The notes: generated from the sequence alone by a model not told the origin. A stretch of DNA of 62,030 nucleotides, filler included, from Choristocarpus tenellus KU-1152 (GCA_964200185.2; 9 parts of 9 records of this genome joined end to end with filler, not necessarily neighbours in it); one strand, 5' to 3'; counted from the whole stretch's first letter, positions 24,588-38,711 are shown. A program made the numbers and translations.

Positions 24588-27511
24588 ATGGGGGCTGTTC
24601 TCCAACGCATGCTGAACTCTTTCTATGCGAAGCAACTCGAGGTTGTGCTGGTGGGACTCGAAAACAGTGGGAAGACGACTCTGATGAATGGTGATAGCAA
24701 ATCCTCCCTCCCCAATGCCCCTGATCGCACGCCACGTACCTCAACAGACTTGGGTCATCTTCGCCCCAGCTCTTCTTATCTGTTGTATCTCGTGTTAAAA
24801 ATGATGACACTTCTTGCTCCACTGCCTGTGCTCGCTGACCTAGTATGTAACTTGTAATGCTGTAGGATAAAGGGGTGGCTTTCATTGTCTATGCTGGAGG
24901 TCAACTCAAGTCCCAAGTTGGTTCTAGTCAATAGTTATATTTCTTCAAACAGTACGGAACAGTGTGAATGGAAAATAGAAAGTCTACGATAGTCGTGGGA
25001 ATCAAATTTCTGAGCTTACGATGATTTTGAATTAATTTGAAGATTCCAAAATCTCACAGTGATCCCTTCCCAATTCACGTGGCAGTGCTGGCAAGTGGGC
25101 AACCAGTGGATACCGTTCCAACTATTGGACTTAATGTGAAGGTGTGTTCTTCTGTTGGGTGGGAAGGGACAAGCCGTGGAATGCTCATTCGTTGATATGC
25201 ATGCACTCACACTCTCAGCTACCCCTCCATCTACCACTTCCAACTTACACATTCTGATTATAATGTAGGGTCTAAGAAACTTGAGAAGCAAAGAATCACA
25301 ATCTTCCACACAATATACAGACCTTGCTGTTTGTACCACTGGTTAACACTCAAAGCTTATAAAAGTCTATTCGTACCCTACTCTGCGGGCAGATGATAAA
25401 GCGTGGTGGGGTTCAAATGAAGTGCTGGGACATTGGGGGACAGGCGCAGTACCGGAGTGAATGGGGGCGATACACCAGGGGGTGTGATGTCATCATCTAC
25501 GTTGTTGATGCCAGTGCAGAGGAACAGGCATGGGCCATCACATGTTGACTCTGTTGAAGTGAAGTAGTGATTATGGTTGGTTGGAGGAGGGATTTATTTG
25601 GCGGTATTATCTATCAGATTTTACCAAGTGGTTTCCTTTACAAGGACAACGGAAAATATATGCAGCTGGTGTCAGCATGTAGTTTTGCAAAACTTGGGTG
25701 TGGACACAAGCGATTATGTGAGGCTAGGGTTAAAGGGATCTACACTGAGGGATCAGAATGTGTGGTACTTCATGAGATAGACTTGGAAGACATCGTATTA
25801 AATTTCTGTATAGTTTGTGCTTCTATAGTACCTAACAGAAGCGGTTTGTGATGTACATTAGAATTAGAGAGCAAACGACTTGAGTTCTCAGTTTTGGCCT
25901 TACTCCATAGCATTATGTTCAAGAAGCCGCCATCGCCTATATACAACTCCCTTCTAGCATCAGTCGTGGTAATAAAGCCAGTGTATGAGGGGTATGGTAG
26001 ATACAACAAGAAATACACATGAGGCAGTAGTTGGCTGAATTGCCGATTTGTCTTGCCTCCTCAAGGAATGGGGGTTGATTGAGTAAAGCATCGATTCCAG
26101 AACCATTACTTGTATCCTTGAAATCTGCAAAATTGTTATTAGTACCACCACTATGTATTCTTTGGTTTTGTCAATTATACGATGACCTTTTGCATTTACT
26201 CTAATGATTTTAGTTGGTATATTGATAGGTGAATTTGTTGTTCACCACCAGTTCCTTGTAGTCCCTATCCATCTTGGATCATTTCTCCCTTATTTTTGCT
26301 GCCATCCCCCTCCCCTACTCTGCCCTTTGCCTTCCCCACTGTCATCACCATTTGCCCCCAACAAATGGGTGTTTGGTGGCCTTTTGCACTATTCAGGCAG
26401 CATTGGCTCGCCGGGAACTGCACCGCCTACTAGAGGATAGAGAACTTGCATCAACACCACTCCTAGTACTGGCCAACAAGGTGGACTTGGAACCTCACAT
26501 GGCGGAGGATAGAGTTATTCGTGAGCTTAACCTTGATTACATAACGGCTAACCCCTGGATCGTCATCCCAATTTCGGCACTTAAGGTACTGAGTGTATCA
26601 CTGGAGTTGTTTGTGTAGAGTAAGTACCTTCAAATGGCACGGTGTCTATCATGGCAGTTTTTTTTGTTCAGCACACCTGCAGGTGTCTAAACTAGTGTGT
26701 CGCTTTAAACAACTGCAATCCCATGAATGGAACATATCCATCCACCCCACCTCCTCTACCAACCAACTTTCACCTTTGTCCCAAACCCTGAGATCAATCT
26801 CACGAAAAAGAAATGGACAAATCTGGATGGCGTTCTTAACACACTTATCTCAAATCTACTTCAGAGTGGTATGCTTGTCCTGTGGGGAATAATCCAAACC
26901 TGGGTTTCAGTGCAGGACGCCGTGTTGTGTACGGCCTTGCTCTTTCACAATAGCTACTGTGCCACAAGAAGATTATATAGTATAGAGGGCTTCTTTTTGT
27001 TATACTGTCTAGTCTCCTGTTTCCTTTTATACCTTTTGTGTACATTTTGCTTGTTTCTTTTTCACCCTTTTTTGACCCTGATATTGGGACATGTTTACAT
27101 TGCCGTATCAATTTACCCTACCTTTTTTCCATGCTCTGAATGGTGTCCTTTTTTGTGGAGAGACCTGTCTGTTAAGAATGACTCCAAAATCCACCCCCAG
27201 CTCTGTAGCACTTTGCAAGGCAACTCCAACAATCATTACATTAGGATGACAAAAAAAAGGAAGATTGAGCAATAGGGCCAAAAAGGATTAATGGCTTGTA
27301 CTTTTTACCAGAAAAGATGTATGAATGTATCAAAACCTTGGGACCATGTATGTCATTGCAGTGATTCGGTTTCTTGTGTTGTTGGAATCTCTTCTTGGAC
27401 CCTTGCCTCACAAATGAGTCTTTCCTTGTACGACATGATGCCTTGAGTGGTTTTCAGGTGATCAACATCGATCAAGTGTTGCAATGGCTTCTCAACCAAT
27501 CCAGAGGTTGA
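24588..27511 (+). CDS. ARF-like small GTPase of the Arl8/Arl18 group, 5 exons (24588-24690, 25086-25141, 25393-25527, 26397-26585, 27458-27511), 178 aa
   Basis: Spliced product MGAVLQRMLNSFYAKQLEVVLVGLENSGKTTLMNVLASGQPVDTVPTIGLNVKMIKRGGVQMKCWDIGGQAQYRSEWGRYTRGCDVIIYVVDASAEEQAALARRELHRLLEDRELASTPLLVLANKVDLEPH...WIVIPISALKVINIDQVLQWLLNQSRG. All G1-G5 motifs present; exon lengths sum to 537 nt. Confidence 0.93.
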
Positions 27512-30121
27512 CACTGGTGCTGCTGCTTCCAGGGTGTTGATGACATTGTGGCGGCACTAGAGAATGTCACCAGCCTTGGGGTGGGCAGCAGCGCGTGGGG
27601 AGGTTAGATGTGTGGCACAAAGTGTCCAGTCTATGTAAGGAGCTCTAGACAATAGCCGTTTTGGAAAGTGTCCCCCTTGGTGCTCAACTGCAAAGGGAAA
27701 ATGTTGCCTCTTAATACTTGGGGAGGCGTCTTTCCAAAAATTCCCATAGTATCCTAGAGGGGGGATCAGGCACCCATTCGGGGCTGTTGTGACACTGTGG
27801 TGATTTTCATATCATTTTGAGTGCATATGTCAGATTAAGGATAATTTTCTTGATCTGGACGCACCATCCTCTTCCATCTCCTGCCCGGATCAAATCTGTG
27901 GGAAAATCACCCACAAAATGGGCATCAAACTGGGGTGCTTTATAACATCCCATCAAGCCCTGCATGGATGCCTCTGGCTAAACCTTCCCCCCTCTGGGAT
28001 AGTATGGGTCAAATGTAATTTTACAATCGTCCTGTGTAGTTTCTGTGCTTTCTTAAGAGGAGGGGTTTTACCGTCCACCATGTACCTACGGTTACCCAGA
28101 GGAACAATGGGTTTCCAATAGAGTGAAGGTGGGACAGCAGTTGGGATGATTGAATCTCGTTTGAAGGTTGCACTCCTTGTCCTGTTCTGAGACATCTCAA
28201 TACGCTCCTTTTATTCATCAAAGTACAAGGCATTTTGAACGAACGCTTTTATTTTGTTGAGAACAGTTATCTGCTGTGATTTTGCAGTGAGGGTAGGTAT
28301 GTACTAATTGTCTATGCCCTTGCGATTTGTTTGGCTGTGGCTTGGACTACCCTGGTGCCTGACTGTCCCTGTATTTGTATCATGTTTGTGCCTTATCTTT
28401 GTATGAGGTGGTTCCACCGATTGATGATCACATGATGCGCTCATTGAGTCTTGCCTGTGTTTGGAATGTGTTAACACATGCACTACTTTAAAACGTATTG
28501 TACATGTATTTGTTGCATATTGTGATGATGCCTCTCCCCCTGAAGCACATTGAGTGAGGTGGTGATAAGCACTTGTACTATGATACTCCAGTATCCTGCT
28601 GTTCCAATTTCTACCCAAGCACTGCCTGTTTCACCTCATCTTCACGACATGGATGATGCACAATCACCATCAAACTCAAGCTCTTGTTGTATTCCTACTG
28701 TAGTAGAAAAAAGCCAGGGCTGGGGGGTAGGGTGGGATCCAGACCAAAATAGAAACAAATAGCAACTAGAGTGACAGGAGGGGAGCGCATGCTAGAGATC
28801 TGGCCGCAACGAGTAAGACCAGGTGCACTTCAACTCAGGGTGTGGTACACAAACGTGGGTGTTTTTTCTGTGGGGTTGTAAACCGTGTCTATGAAGTGAT
28901 TTGCATCAATCACTTGATGGTCCTGTCGATGAAACGGTTTTCTGTATGTGCTCTTGATGTGCTCTGGATATGTATGCTCTCCTCATAGTAGGAAAAATGT
29001 TTGTAACTGAAAAGGAGAAGAGAAGTTTCTCTGGAAGAGGTGAGGAGAAGTGTATGCACACAAACAGAAAATTCCGTTGTTGCAAGGGGGGACTCCGAGC
29101 CGTACAGTGAGCTCTGTGTCGCGTTGGAAGGGTGAAGCACTGACTTAGAGTTAAAAGGCATTGGTTAGTACACAGCAGATGGACAGGGTTCGAAGGATTA
29201 TTAATGTGCAAGATAGGTGACTTGTGTGCCAAGGTGACAATAGTGGTTAGGAGATGCAATCTTGAGAGATGGACAATGCACTGAACGCATTATGCCTTCT
29301 GTATGGGAGAGATTCAGAATAGTGTAGCGATACTCTCGTTCATTTCTATGCTGATTGTGCTGAAAGGTGTGTAAGGAATATTTTCTCCAATTCTCTGTTG
29401 GGAGGGAGCGAGGTTCATACTTTCGTCTTGAGGAGGGAATGGTCTAGAGTAGTTGGCAGGACATAAATGTTGTACACAGCCAGCCAGTGGTGCGTTGATC
29501 ACAAGGAATCTACTGTACGTAATCACTGCTTGTCGTTGTGTGGTGCGACTCATGAGAGCTGTAAGAATCTCATTAGGGAAAGTTTATGAAGTAATCTGAG
29601 TTTTGTGGACGGAAGAATTCTGGTTGGTTGGGGGCACAAGGCAAGGAAGGGGACAGGAAAGAAAAAAAATACATCAACGAGGGAATGAAGAGTTCAAGAT
29701 TGAGTGATAAAAGTTAAGAGAGGGAGGAGAGTGGTTAAGAAAATAGGTGGTAGGCAGAGGCACAAGGGGAGAAGGAATTGACAGTATTGAATCGAAGAGG
29801 AAACCTGAGGCTGGGGTGACAAGACGAGGAGGGCTAGATCAAGAGGACCCCCGAGGAAGCTTTCCCGCCCACCCGCCCTGTCGCGTGCTCACAACCGACT
29901 TGGATCTTAGGGTGGGAGGGGAGGTTAAGTTTGGGTGGGCTAGGTGTCTTCTAGCTCAAAGGCAAGGTAGGGGATGACGAAGGGGGGTTCTTGGATGATT
30001 TCGGAGTGGTGTTGAGTGGTGTTCAATGGTGTGGTGGAGTGGTAAGTGGGGGGGGTTGACTGGAGTGGTAACTGGTGTACGGTTGAGTGGGGTTGAATGG
30101 GGTTGAAAGCGGTGGTAGAGA

Positions 30122-30441
30122 CCGGAAATCAGTGGCGAAAGGGGTCTCACTGGTTGGTCATCGGATAGGGGGGGTGGCTGGAAATCAGTTGTGAAGGGGT
30201 CGCACTGGTTGGTCATCAGATGTGGGGGTGACTGGAAATCAGGGGCGAAGGGGGGTTCGCCCTGGTTGGTCATCAGATGTAGGGGGTGACTGGAAATCAG
30301 TGGCGAAAGGGGTTCGTCCTGGTTGGTCATCAGATGTGGGAGTGACTGGAAATTAGGGGCGAAGGGGGGTTCGCCCTGGTTGGTCATCAGAGCTAGATGG
30401 TGGCTGGAAATCGATGGCAAAGAGGTCGCACTGGTTGGTCA
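30122..30441. repeat. Tandem minisatellite, ~5.5 units of 54-58 bp
   Basis: Units start C(C/T)GGAAAT at 30122, 30178, 30232, 30290, 30346, 30404; each contains CTGGTTGGTCA. Confidence 0.9.
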
Positions 30442-33400
30442 CAAGGGTTGTTAGAATGTGGGGAGAAAAGGGAATAGGGAGGAATACAAACGTAGAACAA
30501 AATAATAATAATAATACAGAATTCGTGAGCAAAACAAAACAACATATACTCTAGATAGAATATGCCGTACAAGATACGTCATGACCATTGTTTGACCAAG
30601 TACTACTCCTTTTTTAGGTTATGACTGGACTAAGTTGAAAAATGATAACTGTGTCTTTTTTAAATCCGATTTAAATAGGATGTCTCTGATCTAGACAACA
30701 GAGAGAGCTAAATCTACTTGAAAGCAACGAAAAAATATACTTGAAGCAAATTATCACTCCAACGAATAGACGGAAGCATCGATATGGTTACGTATAGTGG
30801 AAGTTATTTCATACTAGTTGGTAGGACACTCATATTTTCATTAGAGCCACATACTATAAGCAAGTGGGACATATAAATGGCGAGTTGGAAAAGATTGGAT
30901 ACTGTAGTAAAAATCTCGTATAATAGCACAATAAGATGATAATCATGGTCAACAAAAAATACCTACACCTCAATCAGATTTCATTACGTAGTTATTGGGG
31001 AAGAAGTTGCAAAAGAAAGTCCAATGGACGTTATTTGCTCAATGTGGCATACATGTTCGTACCATATTATCAATAATAGTAGTGTACTTTGAAGTATTTG
31101 ATTAGAGAGCGAGTCATTTTTCTTTTATCGAAGTGTCCTTCTCCCTACATCTATTGATTTCTAGTACCGTTATTCTTCCATGTAATACAGTAATGATCCC
31201 CCCTCCCCTCCCCCCCCCCCCCACCTCAACCGACTACTCCCCCACCTNNNNNNNNNNNNNNNNNNNNNNNNNNNNNNNNNNNNNNNNNNNNTTAATTAAT
31301 TAANNNNNNNNNNNNNNNNNNNNNNNNNNNNNNNNNNNNNNNNNNNNCCAAATGGACAGCCGCCACCCCCTCCCAGATACTTTGAGTCTAAGAATAGCAA
31401 CGTAATTTCAGAGGGGTGTGGATAATTACACAATAATGAACAAGTAATAAATATGAAGCCAGCGAGCTCAAAATATACCAAAGTAACATCTAGGACTTCA
31501 AGGTCAAAATAGCTTTTACGAAACCATCATAGAGGATCTGTCACCTGTGAGACGAAATAAGGAGGACGGGTTTGATAGTATCATCTGGAGTGGGGTCATG
31601 TATGTGCAGTGGGAGATGGGTGAAGATTTAGACAACACGTCAAAGAATCAAAATTTAGACCTGATTCCACCATCCTCTGGGGTATTGACCCCAAGAGGTG
31701 GGAAGGAGAGTGTCTACAAGTCTTTGGTAGTCCTTGTAATTGAAAAACTGTAGGTACCACTATTTTGATTTGAGCTGACTTGTGCTTGCTGTATAAAGTT
31801 ATATTGTGGAGGGAGACCTACCATGTGTGCCGATGCTTTGTGACATATTATTTCGGCTGTGTTGAGAGTGGTGCCTGCTTGTCAAGAAGGTAAAGTAGAA
31901 ATAAAGTTTACAGGAAGAAAGACTCATTTTGCAAGTTTGTTTATTGTAAACAGAGAGGAGAGTTCCTTGCATTGGGTGTAACAAACCTGGTGCTTAGGGA
32001 GGGGTTAGAATTAGGAACTCTAAAAAGGGTGCATGCTTTGTCTGTATGGGCTCTTGGTTCCACCTCCATGGACGAAGGAAAAAGGACACCATATCAGGGC
32101 CCTCCATCAGGGTCCTGGTACAAGGAGTACAGATGATGGTTTCATGACTCGTTGAGGAAGAACCAATTTGCCTTGCCTACCCCAATCCATTCAACACTAC
32201 AAGTTTCGACAAGTCTAGCACATCCATGAGAGTGAGTGAAGTCAGGGATGAGGGGTGAGGAAGAGGAACTGGAGAAGCACAGCAACAACAGATATAGAAG
32301 GGGCCCGCTGCAATGTGCCTGCCCAGTAGGAATGAAGGAAGAAAGGTTGTAGCACCTAAAAATATCTTTATACTTCACATTATAGTTCAGCAATGCGGAG
32401 CATTTTGCTTTGGTTGAGAAACGACTTTTTGGGGAAGAACGAAGCGTTGTTTGGATTTTTCGCGCTTGATTGAAGGGACCCCCAGACAAGATTGGTGTAG
32501 CTGGTTGGGAATGGTCTTCCTTGCAAAGTACATTGCACAACGGAAATCTTTGTAACCTTTTTACTTTTCCAACTTGGTACTGACAGATTACTGCATTGGG
32601 TTGTACTCCTAGGTACAGTGTTTCTATTGGAAACAAAATTGCATTCACAGTCATGCACGTAGTACATCAAGGAGCAGGTTATATGCCTTGCTCTGCTGAC
32701 CAGCAACCAAGGGAACCACCAAGCCTTCACCCATCTTGCCTGTGGCAGTCAAAATGTCTGCACTGCTTGTAGTCCAGCAGATACTATCCTTCCATCATAC
32801 CCATCTTAAGGCTCTATCCTATTAATAGAGGTTGCAACTACTGCCTATGCTGCTGGCGCTTGCGAGACCCACAATGAAAGCCAAGGAGTCCCTCTAGGTG
32901 AACCTGTACCATGAACTACCGATAATCTCGTAACTTTCTTGCAACAATTGTGTTACCAATTAATGACATAAAAGAATGGGTGGGAAAGGGAACATGATAC
33001 GGAGTGGCGTGTTGTGGGTGCTGCTACTATATAGGCAGGCTGAGTGGTTGGGGTATGTATTCTTAACTAGATACACTGTTCACCATGCAAAACATGCTTA
33101 TCACTTGAAGATCTTCCATCACCAGTGGTGGCACAGTGGACACATAGAAACATACAATAATAGGTAGATTGCACAAAGTATTCATACGTATCCAATAGTA
33201 GTGATGCCCACAGCTAGAAGATAAGGCACAAAACAATGCACACTCTAGAGTAGCTGTAATAGCAGTGCTATCGTTACCAGCCAGAGATATTGATGACTAA
33301 CCGTTCACCAACTGGAGAAGACACTCTGAGAGCCCTGAATACGCACTGAAATAGTCGCGTGATCAACCCACCATTCAAAACTTGTGAGAGGGATCTCAGT

Positions 33401-34785
33401 CCAGCTCTTCCAAGCATCCAAAACTGTCAACTCAATCAATCAATCAGCCCCACAAGATGCTGCTTCCCATGCAAAGACAAGTCTTTGGAGTGGAAGGTTT
33501 TCCAAAGTACACCTTCTACAGTACTATAGTACTCTCTTAAAATGATGTACATCCTTTGTTCAGCAATAGTTCAAACACTTTGCCAGGCAGGCTAAGAATG
33601 CACAAAATGCCATCACTTTGAGGTGACTCTCCAAACCTCAGCGAAATCCAACTTGGTCGACCCACTGCAAGGCCAAAGGAAACGCCTTCGCAGTGCAGGC
33701 TTATTCCTCATCCACAAACTTGTTCAACTGACGCTGACAAGAGTAAGTACGTATCACTAATGTATCATCCTCACCAGGGTGGGCCGGTCACACGTTGAAA
33801 AAAAATGGGACTTTCACCTCTTTCACAATATTGCATGAAGCACAAGTCATTCTCGTTCAGTTCACGGAATGTGGTCTATCAATCTGAATAGAGCTAGTTC
33901 CCTGTTGCGTCCTTTCAACTTGTAATTTAAGGCGTTTATCATCACAATGGGAATTGAACACTACTTACTGGATGGGGTGCACTCACAACAAGAGGGAGGG
34001 AAAGTAACTGGACGACAAAATGAATTATTCAATGAATAAAATTAAACATGCATCCACATCACATATCATACAGAGAAACGACCAAACCAATTCGTTTCGG
34101 TAATGGAACACTTTAATATCAACGATGGGTAAAGCCTCCCCCTAATACACACATAAACACATGCCCCCTTCAAAACAAAAGTCTATGGTTGGAACAAAAA
34201 GGCAAGCATCACACTACATGTAAACTGGATGCATACACAACATGCATTAACATAGCAAGACGCCCATGGAAAGGCAGGTAAAAAACCCGCTCTCAAAACA
34301 AGTGCGCCCAAAAGACTACCGTTGTGCCATGGTGCCTCACACCTGATATCACACATGGCAAAATCATAGGTATGATTCTTCTAAAATCCAAATGGGAATT
34401 AGAAGAAAATCTTGAGAAATTTCCAGAGGAGAAATTTCTTTCCCCTTACGACCTGGCACATGCCGGTTCCAGTTCGTCTTACAGGTTATATTGTGATGGT
34501 GCCATTCCACTTCCCATCCTCATTATTCTCCAAGAGACTACTGGTAATGCCAGCATGCCAATACATATATTACAATAAAGGACTCCAGTCCACACACGCA
34601 ATGTCCAGATACATTGGCAGCGTTGTATCACTGGCACTTGTAAGTAAACCAAGGCAATCAGCACTGAAAATGCCACGGCGCATCATGACACCATTAAGTG
34701 TGCAAGTGGGTATAGAAGGGTGAGTGGTTGTGCCTATGTACCTGTATGAACTCATTGTCACATCATAAACAAATAGTTTCATCAC

Positions 34786-37700
34786 TCAGCTGTACATGAA
34801 GGAGATAAACCTGGCATGACCAAAAGACACAGCAGGCAGGGTTGAGGTAAAGTGTACACAGGCGTAAGTATGACTTAAAAACAGGAGTGAAATGATAGAG
34901 ACCACAGAGGAAAAAATTGTTACTACATGGAGGACCACAGCACGCGTATCGGAATCATTGAGAGAGTTGACCAGTCAATGTGATTTTCGAACATACAAAA
35001 AGAGAAAAAAAAATAACAGCAAGCTGCCTGTCTGCAACCAGGGCTCAGAACTAAAGACATAAAATAGATGAGAGTATCCAACAACTCCTTTGAGCAGAGG
35101 GTAAATCAGAAGGATCAGTGCAAGCTTTAGTGAGTCCATGGAATATACATAATTTCACAAAAATATACATGAGGGTGCTACCTGGCTTAATCCATGGGGC
35201 ATCACCCTACTAGTCTCAGCCTAATTCCCAAGCAGTTACTTCAATCATATGTTTGGCCTTCAAACACCAGGACATGTCACACTCTAAGCTCATCCTCCCA
35301 CTGCAGCACAGTAAAGAAGCAACCCAGCCAAAGTTCAAATTTACACTCTCGGGAATTGTCAAGATACATAGATATAACTGTTCCATTGAGGTGGAGCAAA
35401 AGACTTTGAATGCCTCACTCACTGAATCAGACCTCCGTGTCTTAAACAATCCCACATGCACACAGCAGCGAGGCAAACTAGAGATGCAATCCTAACCCTA
35501 ACTCAAACATAGCTTCAACTAGACATCAATACGTCCACATTCTCTACTTCAAAACTAGCAATAGAGGGACAGAACTGGACTCAATCCACTACCCCCACCC
35601 ACCCGCCCAATCCACAAACACATGATGCATGATCAACACCCTCCTACAATACCAAATGAGACACAGAGGAACAAACAGTGCATAGTTTCTATAGCTGGAG
35701 GCAGAGGGCAGAGAGATAGGGTCATAGCAGGGAAGATTCGGATCTTATACTATTGTGCTCACTCTTCAATGCTTATCGTGCCATCACCATCCTTGTCTGC
35801 AACCTGCACCAACAGGTTGACCTCATCATCTGAAAGTGCGTCACCCAGGCCCCGCATAATGCCTGCCAACTCTTTGGGCGAGATCTGATGGAAGATGTAT
35901 GGGTACAGTAGTGTAGTTCATAGACGGGTATAACTGCAGAGGTCAAAAAGCAAGGACCAACAATAAATAACCAAGCTTATCCAAAACATGTATGGAGTGT
36001 TGACAGGAGGGGTGGGTTGGTGGTTTGGTCATGGTATAGGCTTGCACCAAAGCATCACAGGAAAGCATTGTGACTTGCCCATGCAAACCCATATCATATC
36101 ATTAAAATGTAAGGTGCAATCAACTTTGGCATCCTATACAAAAAAAAACTCCATGAGAAGATTTCTATGATACTAAAATTAAACTAGCACTGATGTTTTA
36201 GTAACGTTCATACTTTCAAAAGAAATGGGGGGGAAAAAAGAGGCAAGACCTCAAAACCCTAAGCATCACTACTAATATATACAATGTAAGACATATTCAA
36301 CTATTTAAACACACCTCTCCATCCCCGTCCTTGTCGAAGAACTCAAATGCCTCCCTGATTTCTATGTCGAAGTCGGTCTCCACATCCCCAGCCTGCATCA
36401 TGGTGACAAATTCACCAAATGTGAGCACACCGTCATTGTCCTCATCCACCTTCCAACAAAAAAAGAGGAGCAAAAAGTCCAGGGTCAGTAACAAAGCCCA
36501 CTGGAGTACAATGTAGTTGAAATGACTAAAATTTCCCTGATAACAGACACTTACTCTAGCTAAAGTCTTTCATCCCCCCTGAGGCCAGTTTTTAGTGAGG
36601 GAGGGGGAGGTTGCAGCGGAAAGGGGCATGAAGAAAATACTTCAAGATCTCAAGGGGTGGCATATTATCTTGAAATAATTCATTTGTTTCTCTTCACTGT
36701 GATGTGGGCATCCCATTGTTCAAAGCTCCACCATCAGAGACTGGTAGGACACAAGTACGAAAATATACATCCAAAAAAGTGTATGGAGTGTAATCTGTTA
36801 TCATATACTTAGTATCCTTCTTTCTCATCACACTTCATGGATGCTGCATGAACTGCTCCACCTCCTATGCCTCAGGTTCGTAAACTCAAACTGAGAGGAA
36901 GTATTACTTTCTACATGCCTATTTCCACGACTCCCTTCCAATGAAACCTGGGCCAATCCCTATGGTTCAATTGAGGCACTCTACCACAAAAAAGAAGCAA
37001 TGTATTTGGAGTGAAGGAGCTTTGTGTTTGCACCTCCACTTTGTCGTCCCATTAGAGATGTAGGACCAACATAACACCCTACACATGTGGACTAGCCGAT
37101 TTCTAGCTTTTTTTCATCTCTCTGAGCAGTTTTCTTGCTGAGAAATGAAACCTTTTGCTGCAAAAACGTCCAGAGGTACTCACTTCCAGCAAGCCATGAT
37201 CAGATCAAATATGTAATTTTGAAAATGAGAACTCAGGTACACCTAACTCCAGACACAACTGAACTGACGTAGGAGTACCATACTTTCTTACAATGAAGTC
37301 AGGAATTTTGTCCCATACCCTATTTTTGATAGAAAACTCTAGGGCTCTAGATGGAGCCCAAGGAAATCAATGTGGTGCTATAGAGTCGAAATACATACCA
37401 AAACTGCTGTCCAAGTAATACTTCACACACATGAAAAAAAACATTTAGACGAATCCAGGAAAATAAGGCGACTGCTGTGGTAAGCACTCGTAGACAACAA
37501 AAATCGAGAAACTGCGCACGATTATTATGCGGTGCCCTAGTCTTCTACTGAAGACGTTACCTGAAAAGATGAGAATAATTATCCTGCACAAAATGGAATC
37601 ATGAGACACGACCAGCACAGTCAACATTTACTCACAGCGAATATCCATTATCGCAACGTTCAGCAGTGCTATTAGCCAGCCATGTGCCCTTGCAGATTTG

Positions 37701-38153
37701 AGCAAATACAAGGGAAGAGGCTTGACAACATGCCAAGTCTCCACGGAGACCCTTGGTCATCTTTGGGACACGAGTGCGAGACTTTTGCTTATCTGCTAGC
37801 TTGCTTAGGCGCAGCTGCTGTTGTTCAATGATTAATAATACGTGAAAATACAAAACCCCGGTACATGAATGCGGTGGATGCAACCACTAGAATAGAAATA
37901 CCCCACCTATCAAAAAGTGATGGTGCGATGTAGTCAGCCGCCAAACTTTGTGCGAGTTAATAAAACTCAAAATCCTGCAGGTCACCTTACTCATCATCTC
38001 TTTGAGTTGTTCATTGGTAGGGGAGTAGCCCAGAGAGCGCATCACCACTCCAAGCTCCGACTGGTCGATTGTGCCGTTACCATCTTTATCAAAGTTATTG
38101 AACGCTTCTTGATAGTCCTCTCGCTCCTCAGCGGTGAGCTCCTTCTTCGGCAT
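34786..38153 (-). CDS. Calmodulin-like four-EF-hand protein, 4 exons (38153-37986, 36449-36315, 35884-35763, 34810-34786), 149 aa
   Basis: EF loops DKDGNGTIDQSE, DEDNDGVLTFGE, DKDGDGEISPKE, DKDGDGTISIEE; all introns GT-AG; exon lengths sum to 450 nt, ending EFISFMYS-stop. Confidence 0.93.
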
Positions 38154-38711
38154 GGTGGATCTCTGTTATTCCGGCATTTCCAAGATTAAAGATTGTGCCC
38201 TTGAACTATTTGATTACGTGACATGAAATTGGAAAACGTCAGGAGTACAGGTGAAGCTACCATTTCCAGTATTAGAGCGTGAGTGAAGGGTGTTGAAGGG
38301 GACAACACCATGGGGTCACAATCTTGGGAGCTCGTGAGAGATCACTAAAAACTACAGGGGTAGCTCACCTAAGAAGCTCTGAAGAATCTCTAGTTCGCTA
38401 CGGTCGATAGTATACCTACGTCGGATTAAAGGTGTAGGAGTGTCTCCTACCAAGGATAACTCTCTTGAGTTTCCCAGAAACAACCCAACTTAAATCCCAC
38501 AATATACTTGGTAGAAAAAATTACATTAGATAAACCTCTTTCTTACCTGTATACTTAAAAAAAACGATCTTAATAAAATAATATAAAGAGAACACACCCA
38601 GGGGTATGCAGTACCTACCCCGATTTTGCTCACCCATGGGTATGCCCTAAAAAAGCAACACAGAATCTCTATGGTACAATATCGATTTTGTAATAATTAG
38701 GGTTAGGGTTT

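Noticed and set aside
29956-30420. 154-aa repetitive ORF (HLMTNQGEPP)
   Set aside because: By-product of the minisatellite; unit lengths are mostly not multiples of three, so the frame shifts between units.
32100-32900. Possible gypsy RT/RNase H remnant; similar weak integrase-like traces at ~18240-18720 and ~11640-11700
   Set aside because: Motifs too decayed to call by eye.
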